This document shows positions 39,720 to 48,012 of a stretch of DNA of 64,000 bases, one piece after another. The notes below the pieces were generated by a model. It made no database searches. It was not told where the DNA came from and worked only from the letters and a program-made list of their open reading frames with translations. The stretch's first letter is position 1; each line of letters opens with the position of its first letter. The DNA comes from a virus. The DNA lies in IMG/VR virus record IMGVR_UViG_3300023174_000068, positions 67,439 through 131,438 of that record. One strand, written 5' to 3'. Both the position numbers and the translations under genes were made by a program.

Positions 39720-40820
39720 ATGGAACTAAATAAAGAGTTTATTGAGTGGTTTAATAAAAATAAAACAAAAGATGAGTATAGAAAAATAATACTTAAATAC
39801 TTTAAAGAATCTCTATATTGTAGAATATGTGAAGATGTAATTTACTATTACGATTCTTCTTTTATTTTTGGTAAAAATGGTTTGAAATTAAAGGGTAAGT
39901 CATTTGAGACATCTAAAGGTATAGATAAAGTATATTACTTGTCAATTTGTGAGGATTGTTTATCTAAAAAATATCCAGAATATCAAGATAAAAATAAATC
40001 TAGAGTATTTAATCAGATGAATTATTTAACTGAATATGCCTTTGATATAGATCATGAAATTGCTGTAAAATGGGTGAAAGAAAAATATGCAATCACCGAG
40101 ACCAATTTAATAAAAAAATGGGGAGAAGAATCAGGGAAGGAAAGATGGAAAAATTATCTCCAAAAACAGTCTTTTTCTAATACATTTGAGTATAAAAAAG
40201 AAAAGTATGGATGGGATGAAGAAAAATTCAAAGAGTATAATAAGTCAAGATCTGTAACATTAGAAAATCTTATAAATAGACATGGTGAGGATATTGGACT
40301 AAATATTTGGAAAAGATATTGCGACAAACAAAAGTATTCGACATCTGTGGAATACTTTATTGGAAAGTATGGAACATCAAAAGGAATAGAAATATATGAG
40401 AATTTCTGTAAAAAAAGATTACATGGCGCTGGGTATTCTATTGTATCAAAAGAATTATTTGATTGTGTTTTGAATAGAATTCCAAACTTTAAAGCATATT
40501 ATGCTGATAACGAGTGGTATTATTACGATAAAGAAAATAAGAAATATTACTTGATAGATTTCTACATAAAGGAATTAAATGTGGGTATTGAATTTCAAGG
40601 TGATATTTGGCATGCTAATCCTAAAAAATATAAACCAAATGATAAACCATATCCTTTCCAGAAGGACTTAATGGCTAAAGAAATATGGGAAAAGGATAGA
40701 ATCAAGAATGATTTTTTAAAAACTAAATTGAATAAATTGATTATAATTTGGGAATCCGATCTTTATAAGGAAGGAATAGAACAAACAGTTAATAAAATAA
40801 TTAAAGAAATTAATGAATAA
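39720..40820 (+). CDS. free-standing Vsr/DUF559-like homing endonuclease between the split-intein halves
   Basis: IDFYIKELNVGIEFQGDIWHANP...WEKDRIK...IIWESD; repeated K(Y/W/H)G-E-x-G helical units; CxxC motifs. Confidence 0.8.
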   Translation: MELNKEFIEWFNKNKTKDEYRKIILKYFKESLYCRICEDVIYYYDSSFIFGKNGLKLKGKSFETSKGIDKVYYLSICEDCLSKKYPEYQDKNKSRVFNQMNYLTEYAFDIDHEIAVKWVKEKYAITETNLIKKWGEESGKERWKNYLQKQSFSNTFEYKKEKYGWDEEKFKEYNKSRSVTLENLINRHGEDIGLNIWKRYCDKQKYSTSVEYFIGKYGTSKGIEIYENFCKKRLHGAGYSIVSKELFDCVLNRIPNFKAYYADNEWYYYDKENKKYYLIDFYIKELNVGIEFQGDIWHANPKKYKPNDKPYPFQKDLMAKEIWEKDRIKNDFLKTKLNKLIIIWESDLYKEGIEQTVNKIIKEINE

Positions 40821-42042
40821 GTTAGAATATTTTTTAGATGATATAGAATCATGTGAATTGGTAGGGGAATTTAATGATGAATATGTTTATGATGTTGAGA
40901 TTGATGATGATACACACACATTTATAGCAAATGATATATTGGTTCATAATTCTCTTTTTGTTTCTTTTAAACCCGCAGTTGACCACTGTGAGTGGAAAAA
41001 TCTTATTTTTAATAATCACTACTTAAACTCAGTAAAAGAAAGGTTTATTATATTGACCAAAGACCAAAATTTGAAATGTCAAAATACAAACTGCATTGGA
41101 ATTGCAAATGACATACACACTCTTAAAAATTTATTATCAAATGATTATGAATTACTACTATTTGATGGTAGCTTTGTAAAAGACAGAGGTCTTAATAGCT
41201 TAAAAGATGATGGAGCATTTACTTCTGAAATAAAATGGAATTGGTCAACTGAACAGGACTTAATTCACGGTATTGACCATTTTAGATTTGGCCAATACTT
41301 CAAAGATTGCTTAGAAGCCTACGCCAATTCATTTGGAGTTGAAAATAAAGAAGATTTTGAACTAGAAAGAATATCGGAATCTATTATAAATATCGCAAAA
41401 AAGAAGTATATCTGCCATATTATCTTTGAAGATGGAATTTCTTTTGAAAGACTATCTTACCTCTATCCAAAAGGCGTCGAATTGGTAAGGTCATCAACTC
41501 CGGCTTTTGCTCGAGAAAAAATTGTAGGAATTGTCAAATATCTGTTTGAGCATCCAGACACCTTTAATATCAAAGACTTACTGAAACTAGTAAAGTCTCT
41601 TAGAAAAGAATTCGAATTAGCAGACATCGATGACATAGCGATGCAGTCGTCCTGCTCTAATTACGAATTCAAAGTCTTACAAGATAAATCCCTCCCCTTA
41701 CAATTTGTTTCCGGAGCGCACTTTGCTGTAAAATCGGCCGCTCACTACAACTATCTCCTAAATAAAAATAAAGACTGGCAGCAAAAATACGAGTTTATTA
41801 AATCAGGAACAAAGATTAAATATTATGTTTGTAGAGACAAATCTATTACCGATATGTTTGCTTACATTAGGGGTTCTTTTCCAATAGAGTTTGCACCAGA
41901 GATAGACTATGACACGCAGTTCGAAAAGTCAATTCTCTCGCCAATAAATTCTATTATTGAGCCACTTGGTATGCCTGAAATCACAAAGAGGCTATCTGTA
42001 GTTATGGACATATTTTCAGGATTTGGCAAGACTGGTTTTTAG
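40813..42042 (+). CDS. split intein C-fragment (46 aa, 40813-40950) fused to the DNA polymerase B C-terminal palm/thumb
   Basis: YVYDVEI..THTFIANDILVHN/SLFV; then ELERI, AKKKY, KGVELVRSSTP, IKYY, IDYDTQFEK. Confidence 0.9.
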   Translation: MNKLEYFLDDIESCELVGEFNDEYVYDVEIDDDTHTFIANDILVHNSLFVSFKPAVDHCEWKNLIFNNHYLNSVKERFIILTKDQNLKCQNTNCIGIANDIHTLKNLLSNDYELLLFDGSFVKDRGLNSLKDDGAFTSEIKWNWSTEQDLIHGIDHFRFGQYFKDCLEAYANSFGVENKEDFELERISESIINIAKKKYICHIIFEDGISFERLSYLYPKGVELVRSSTPAFAREKIVGIVKYLFEHPDTFNIKDLLKLVKSLRKEFELADIDDIAMQSSCSNYEFKVLQDKSLPLQFVSGAHFAVKSAAHYNYLLNKNKDWQQKYEFIKSGTKIKYYVCRDKSITDMFAYIRGSFPIEFAPEIDYDTQFEKSILSPINSIIEPLGMPEITKRLSVVMDIFSGFGKTGF

Positions 42043-42737
42043 AACTTACCATACCAAATTAATCCCTCTTTAGGAATTGAATAATATGCATCTGACATAA
42101 ATTTATTAGTTGAATCGAAAATATAACACTCTAAATCATTTACTACAATCAAATATTGAGCGTCAAAATCAGTGACGTGTCCTTTGATGTAGACAAAAAA
42201 TCTACTCCTACCTTCGTTGATTTTTTTGAGTGTTTTAACTTGAGCGGACTTTCTTACACCATCTACTTCAAAGAAAAAATCACAACCTTCAATATCATCT
42301 ATCTCAGATGGCGGAGTTACTTCTATTTGTTGTCCTTTTGTTAAAAAATATTTTTCTATACACTCTATAGCTTTCTCTTCTCTATAGCTACCAAGTTTAG
42401 AGGAATTTTCTATAATTGTTATTATTTCTCCAAAATATTTACCATCTGGATGAAACAGGTCATTTGTATTTGATTTTATCCAGTTGATAAGTTCTCCAAC
42501 TGATTTAGCACCTGATGTTTTTTTTACAAAATTGATAACATATCTGTTGTTTTTTGTTTTTCTAAGTAGACTAGCAGAAATTGTGATACCAAATTTAGTT
42601 ATAGAATCAACTTTTAGATATCCCCATACTCTTCTACAAGCTAGAAGTATCTCATATCCCACCACATCTTTATCTTTTTCTGAAAGTATAAAATATGAAC
42701 TTTCAAAAAATTTTTGCCAACTGATTATTTTTATCAT
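42039..42737 (-). CDS. putative PD-(D/E)XK nuclease-fold protein with a CTS-like N-terminus
   Basis: G..REE...DDIEGCDFFF...SAQVKT; N-terminus MIKIISWQKFFES. Confidence 0.55.
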   Translation of the reverse strand: MIKIISWQKFFESSYFILSEKDKDVVGYEILLACRRVWGYLKVDSITKFGITISASLLRKTKNNRYVINFVKKTSGAKSVGELINWIKSNTNDLFHPDGKYFGEIITIIENSSKLGSYREEKAIECIEKYFLTKGQQIEVTPPSEIDDIEGCDFFFEVDGVRKSAQVKTLKKINEGRSRFFVYIKGHVTDFDAQYLIVVNDLECYIFDSTNKFMSDAYYSIPKEGLIWYGKF

Positions 42738-42770
42738 ATCTGGTATATATTAAAATCGGATATATAAAAA

Positions 42771-43016
42771 ATGAAAAGTGATCCGCTTTACGATTTATAT
42801 CTTTCCTACTTAGAGAATGAAAAAAATTTAGGAAAAATTAATCAAGGAAAATTCAGTTTATTTAAGATTTCTGGCGATAGATTTCAGAAATTTAAACTTC
42901 GATACGAATTAGATGACTTCTTTCAAGATAAAGTCAAAGAGTCACATAAGTCCGAGCTAAGAGACCAAAAAATTGATAAAGTGATAAGTGAATCTAATAG
43001 AGGTGATAAAATGTGA
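42771..43016 (+). CDS. hypothetical protein
   Basis: 81 aa, ends with ELRDQKIDKVI. Confidence 0.55.
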   Translation: MKSDPLYDLYLSYLENEKNLGKINQGKFSLFKISGDRFQKFKLRYELDDFFQDKVKESHKSELRDQKIDKVISESNRGDKM

Positions 43017-43314
43017 CGACTCAGTCTACAAGTTTTTTGAAGGATGTGATATAGGTCAGCTGATGAAACACGCAAGAGACGGAAGTGAAGGACACTTGAT
43101 TTGTTTTTGTGAAAATCTGAAGTTAGAGATAAAAAAATGGAACAGACAATCAAAATTAGCGTCTATTTTAGACAACGACAAGTTTAAAAAATTTTCTTTC
43201 AATCAAATAGAAAACAACTATGTCAGAATTTACCAAAACTGTGGACTATCAACTCAAAAACTCCTTGAAATTGTTAAGGGTAAAATAGTCGAAGAACACA
43301 CCACAAAAAACTAA
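42988..43314 (+). CDS. hypothetical protein
   Basis: 108 aa, contains NRQSKLASIL. Confidence 0.5.
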   Translation: MNLIEVIKCDDSVYKFFEGCDIGQLMKHARDGSEGHLICFCENLKLEIKKWNRQSKLASILDNDKFKKFSFNQIENNYVRIYQNCGLSTQKLLEIVKGKIVEEHTTKN

Positions 43315-43367
43315 TTAGTACAATTGATTTTGTAGTTTAATATATACCTTAAATGACAAAATAGTTA

Positions 43368-43862
43368 ATGAGATATCTAATGAAGTGGGATGGTTACAGT
43401 TCTAAGCAAAGAGTAGACGATATTTTAGATAAAATTTCAAAATATGGCATGGACTCTTTAACTCCGTTAGAGAGGGAATTTTTAGACTCGTATAAATCTG
43501 GTACAGAAGAAGAAGTGCATGACAAAATTTTAAGAACTGAAACTGGAACAATCTTTGAAGACGACAGGGGCTATTTCAAATTTGAATTTGATAGCTGCGA
43601 AGATTATGGAGATGAAGTCCATTACTTAGGCACACTTTATGTTCCTGATTTAGAGTTTGAAGACGGTTCAATAATTGAAGGTAGACTTGACGGCAGAATT
43701 GTGGTTTATAGTCAGGGCCAAATTTCACCTGATTTCTACTCCATTCAAAAGGACCCAAAAAGTGGTGATAATTATGACGTTTTTGAATTCTGCAATGGTC
43801 TTGAATACGAATTAGATTCTTTTTTAGATTATGTAATATCAGAAATAGAAAAAAAAGACTAA
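43368..43862 (+). CDS. hypothetical protein with an N-terminal DUF6576-like motif
   Basis: VDDILDKISKYGMDSLTPLEREFLDS. Confidence 0.6.
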   Translation: MRYLMKWDGYSSKQRVDDILDKISKYGMDSLTPLEREFLDSYKSGTEEEVHDKILRTETGTIFEDDRGYFKFEFDSCEDYGDEVHYLGTLYVPDLEFEDGSIIEGRLDGRIVVYSQGQISPDFYSIQKDPKSGDNYDVFEFCNGLEYELDSFLDYVISEIEKKD

Positions 43863-43900
43863 ATGTAATTTTAATATATAAAAAAAATAAAATAATAAAA

Positions 43901-44365
43901 ATGATTAAAAGATATAATCAATTTGTTTCAGGCGTTAAAACTAACGAAGAGTTCATAATGCCAAATAAAAATGATAATTACTCGGATGACATGAAATCAG
44001 AAATGGAACCGGAAATGAATCAGATGCCAAAAATGGAGGAAGAGGAAGTAGCAGTCGATAAATATACTTTAGCTCTTCAAGAACTTTCGGATTTAGCAAA
44101 TGAAATGGGTCTAATTGTAGAATATTCACCTGAAAACAAGTTTTTAACTATTGAAGGAAAACAAGTAATTTTCCCAACCGAAACAGAAAGATATCATATT
44201 GACGGTGTTAAAAAATCATTTAAAACTTCACAGGAAGTAGTTGACTATTTTACAAAAGAGATCAAAGCTCAGGAACAGTCTCAAGATTTACCTGAAATGA
44301 CAAATCAACCAGTTCAAATGGAGTTTGAATCTAAGAGTTATAAATCAAAGAGATACAAAAGATAA
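43901..44365 (+). CDS. hypothetical protein with a CTS-like N-terminus
   Basis: MIKRYNQFV; TAATATATA upstream. Confidence 0.6.
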   Translation: MIKRYNQFVSGVKTNEEFIMPNKNDNYSDDMKSEMEPEMNQMPKMEEEEVAVDKYTLALQELSDLANEMGLIVEYSPENKFLTIEGKQVIFPTETERYHIDGVKKSFKTSQEVVDYFTKEIKAQEQSQDLPEMTNQPVQMEFESKSYKSKRYKR

Positions 44366-44373
44366 ATAAAACC

Positions 44374-44706
44374 CTATTTATCTTTTTCTTCTTCACCAGC
44401 TGTTGTTAAGGTGCTATCTAACTTTTTACTCTGTTCTATTTTGTGAATTAAGTATCCGGAAACTGCAAATTCAACACTTGCCCACAGTAGAAAGTCTGTC
44501 ATGCTAAGCGTTTGATATTTCTTAATCAAAAAGAATATCATACCCCATTGCGCAATTATAAAAGCTGCTCCTGACTCGACTCTCTTTTTTGAGAAAAAAG
44601 ATCTACCAGAAGAGTAGATAAGAGCTACTTCTTTGATAAACCATTTAAAATTATTCCAGATAGACATCATTCTATTTGATACACCAGATGTAGTTTGATT
44701 TTTCAT
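44374..44706 (-). CDS. small two-TM membrane protein (holin-like candidate)
   Basis: SKKRVES followed by two hydrophobic helices; late motif upstream. Confidence 0.45.
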   Translation of the reverse strand: MKNQTTSGVSNRMMSIWNNFKWFIKEVALIYSSGRSFFSKKRVESGAAFIIAQWGMIFFLIKKYQTLSMTDFLLWASVEFAVSGYLIHKIEQSKKLDSTLTTAGEEEKDK

Positions 44707-44766
44707 AGTAGTGGTTATTTCTTTTATATATTATTTTAGAGAACTAACTTTTAGATATATAACTTA

Positions 44767-45240
44767 ATGAAAACTATTAAAGTTTTTAAGTTTCTATTAA
44801 ATAGCACCGATTCTCATTTTATTTCAGTGGATAGAAGGTTTTATCGTAGATGGAAATATGTAGTAAAATTAATAGTACTGCTAAACAAAAACTATAAATC
44901 GGTAGAAATTTTTAGACAAAAATTTAAAAATATAGAAGACTTTGTTGTAGTTGGGCTCAAATGGGGCGGAAAAAATGTTAGAAGGAGAACATCAGGTTTT
45001 GCTAAAGAGTTTGTAGATCAAAATAAGGACTCAAATTGTATCTATTGTGGAAAAACACTAAGCCCAAATAATGCAACGGCTGATCACATTATACCCATCT
45101 CAAAAGGCGGAAATAATTCACAAATAAATCTTGTGGTTTGTTGCTCAGATTGTAATAACGAAAGGGGAAATATTGACTTTAGTAGTTTTTTGAAAATCAA
45201 AAATCCAAAATTCAAGAATATTAAAAATCCAATAATTTAA
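44767..45240 (+). CDS. HNH endonuclease
   Basis: CIYCG...ATADHIIPISKGG..NLVVCCSDCNNERG. Confidence 0.9.
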   Translation: MKTIKVFKFLLNSTDSHFISVDRRFYRRWKYVVKLIVLLNKNYKSVEIFRQKFKNIEDFVVVGLKWGGKNVRRRTSGFAKEFVDQNKDSNCIYCGKTLSPNNATADHIIPISKGGNNSQINLVVCCSDCNNERGNIDFSSFLKIKNPKFKNIKNPII

Positions 45241-46433
45241 TACCTATCAAAATCGTCAAATTTTTTGTTATAATCTACTTCTTTAACAACTTTTTTCTTT
45301 TTTGAAAATTTAGGTATCCATTTAATATCAAAACTATCTTTACTAAAAAAATCACTTAATTTTAGAGTAGCATGTGGATTTTCAACTAAAGTAGCCAGTT
45401 TATTAATATCCTTAACTTTTGATATTCTATGTAGCAACGAATAAGGGTCTGGTGAATTTTTTTTATCGACAATACTTTCAAAGAGTTTATTCCATAAAAA
45501 AACAGGATATCCAGACTTTAATTTTTCATCTGATTTTTTATGTCCAGCTTCGTCATTATCAAAAAAATAACGTATATCTAAATCACCGTTTTCTAAAAAC
45601 CTTGAGTCGGTATTAACACCGACTAAACCAATTGAATTTGGAAAAAATAGCGAATCTATATAACCCTCAAAAATAGTAAGTGTGTTTGAAAAATCGCAAT
45701 TTAAGATATTGAAGTAATACGATAACTTATTATACACAACCATTTGATTAATATCGATTTCTTTAGGTTCTTCTTTTCCAATTGAAGTCCATTCCAGTAG
45801 GTTTTCAAAATTAAAAATTTTAAACATTCTCCTTTTTCCCTCCTTTAGATTTCTTACCTGTAAACCTAACACTTTTTGGTCTCTTCTATTTAACATCACA
45901 ATAATCCACTCAGATTGATCGTCTGTTTTCCACCATTTTGCTTGATAGATATTTTTGTGTAAGTGTGGCGCAATACCACGTCCTATGAGGTATTTATAGA
46001 CCCCTCCGTTGACTTGAATAGGTTTAAAATCAGAAATAGGAGTTAAATTCTGATTGAAAACTCTTTCTAATTCTGTCAGATCTATAAGGTCTTCAAATTT
46101 AGCGTCAACAAAATCACCTTCATAATCTGAATAAGTCATAACACTGTTTAAGTGTTCTATCATTTCCAGTTTCTTATCAGGGTCTATCTGTTCGTTAAAG
46201 TCTTTACAGACTCTACCAAAAGTGGTTTTTTTATCACAGTTAAAACAACAAAAAACCAAAGAATTGAAATATAAATTACCCCTTTTAGCATGTTTATTTT
46301 TAGTTGAATCACCACAATAAAAACAAGCCATGTTTACCCTGTCGGAGTAGGCTACCATTTTCCTTTTGATGGGCTCAGAAAATTCTTTATTTACAATATT
46401 TTGTAAAATTTCTTGTATGTATAACTTGTCCAT
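45237..46433 (-). CDS. DNA primase, gp61-like
   Basis: Zinc finger CFYCGDS...KRG...CFNC; TOPRIM IFEGYIDSLF and FFDNDEAG; KDIN. Confidence 0.9.
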   Translation of the reverse strand: MDKLYIQEILQNIVNKEFSEPIKRKMVAYSDRVNMACFYCGDSTKNKHAKRGNLYFNSLVFCCFNCDKKTTFGRVCKDFNEQIDPDKKLEMIEHLNSVMTYSDYEGDFVDAKFEDLIDLTELERVFNQNLTPISDFKPIQVNGGVYKYLIGRGIAPHLHKNIYQAKWWKTDDQSEWIIVMLNRRDQKVLGLQVRNLKEGKRRMFKIFNFENLLEWTSIGKEEPKEIDINQMVVYNKLSYYFNILNCDFSNTLTIFEGYIDSLFFPNSIGLVGVNTDSRFLENGDLDIRYFFDNDEAGHKKSDEKLKSGYPVFLWNKLFESIVDKKNSPDPYSLLHRISKVKDINKLATLVENPHATLKLSDFFSKDSFDIKWIPKFSKKKKVVKEVDYNKKFDDFDRY

Positions 46434-46467
46434 TTTGAGAGTAACAAATATTTAATATATATTTTAT

Positions 46468-47760
46468 ATGAAATGTTCCTCTTTTGTTGATTTTGAAACA
46501 GCTCTATCCATTGTGAGGGGGTTGAATATTAACAGCGTTTCAGAATGGAGAAAATGGATAAAAGAAAATAAAGATAAAAAAATACCTTATAACCCTGATA
46601 TCATTTATAAAAATAATGGATGGGTAAATTTTAAACATTTCTTCGGAACTTTCACACTAAAAAGAAAAAAATTTTTTACCTTTGAGGAATGTAAATGGTT
46701 TTTAAAACATTTATCATTTAAAAATCACAAAGAATTTATAATTTGGATTAAAAAAAATAAAGATAAAGGCGTGCCATCTAACCCGGAAATAATTTACAAA
46801 GATAAATGGATTTCCTGGGGTGATTTTTTATCAAATAATAATATAAGCAATTCTAAAAAAATATTTTTAGAATTTTTAGAGTGTAAAAATTATTTATCAA
46901 ATTTACAACTAACTGGTTATAAATCATTTATGAGATGGTATGACATAGAAAAACCAAATCATATACCAAATAATCCAAATATCGTTTATAAAGATAAATG
47001 GATTTCCTGGGGTGATTTCTTATCAACTGGTAACGTGAGCAATTCGGATAAAATATTTTTAAACTATGAAGATTGTAAAAAAATTGTTGTCGACAAAAAA
47101 ATAAATTCTATTAATAAGTTTATGAGATGGAAAGACAAACCTAAAAATATACCATCTAAACCAAATATAACTTATAAAAATAGAGGATGGACTACTTGGT
47201 CTGATTTTTTAGAAAGTTTAGTAATTTCAAACAAAGATAAAGGTCAAAAATATCTAAACTACGAAGATGCTAAAAATTATTTAAAAAAACTAGATTTAAC
47301 TCACAAATTAGACTATATTGATTATATTGTAAATCACAATATAGATTTTCTTCCGAAAAGACCCGATTATATCTATAAAAAAGATTGGAAAGGATATTTA
47401 GATTATCTGAACTGTGTTGGTTTAAGGTCTTCTTATGGGGAAATAAAAATCAAAGAGTTTTTAGACGAAAAAAATATAAAATATGAGAGAGAAAAAAAAT
47501 TCGAGTCTTGTGTAAATAAAAATAATAACAAACTACCCTTTGATTTCTATTTAAATGACTATAACATCTGTATAGAATACGATGGTCAACATCATTTCCA
47601 AATCGTATCAAAGTATGGGGGAGAAGACTTCTTTAAAAAGGTGCAAGATCATGATGTTATAAAAACCAAATGGTGCCTAGAAAACAACATCAAGTTAATT
47701 AGAATGCCATATAAAAAGAAGAATAAAATATTTAAAATTTTAAGTACCGAAATTAATTAG
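46468..47760 (+). CDS. putative homing endonuclease: about 4 helical repeats plus a C-terminal PD-(D/E)XK domain
   Basis: Repeats P-x-x-P-x-x-x-YK-x-x-W-x-x-W-x-DFL; SYGEIKI, LPFDFYL, IEYDGQHHF, D..K..WC...LIR. Confidence 0.75.
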   Translation: MKCSSFVDFETALSIVRGLNINSVSEWRKWIKENKDKKIPYNPDIIYKNNGWVNFKHFFGTFTLKRKKFFTFEECKWFLKHLSFKNHKEFIIWIKKNKDKGVPSNPEIIYKDKWISWGDFLSNNNISNSKKIFLEFLECKNYLSNLQLTGYKSFMRWYDIEKPNHIPNNPNIVYKDKWISWGDFLSTGNVSNSDKIFLNYEDCKKIVVDKKINSINKFMRWKDKPKNIPSKPNITYKNRGWTTWSDFLESLVISNKDKGQKYLNYEDAKNYLKKLDLTHKLDYIDYIVNHNIDFLPKRPDYIYKKDWKGYLDYLNCVGLRSSYGEIKIKEFLDEKNIKYEREKKFESCVNKNNNKLPFDFYLNDYNICIEYDGQHHFQIVSKYGGEDFFKKVQDHDVIKTKWCLENNIKLIRMPYKKKNKIFKILSTEIN

Positions 47761-47772
47761 TATATTTGTAGT

Positions 47773-48012
47773 ATGAATTTAAAAGAATTATATGAATCTG
47801 GTGAAGATGTCAGGGAATCACAAATTCCCCCTGATTGGAGAGAAAGTTTTGACCATTTTATCGCAGGTCAAACCTGCTACTTAGTCGACAATCCCAACTC
47901 TGATGAAAAAGAATTCGTATATTTTTCACATGACTTTCGGTTTTGGTATAATCAAAATAAAATGCAAATCGAAAGAGACTCAAAGTTACGAGACGTAACA
48001 ACAGGAAATTAA
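47773..48012 (+). CDS. hypothetical protein
   Basis: 79 aa, ends with IERDSKLRDV. Confidence 0.55.
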   Translation: MNLKELYESGEDVRESQIPPDWRESFDHFIAGQTCYLVDNPNSDEKEFVYFSHDFRFWYNQNKMQIERDSKLRDVTTGN

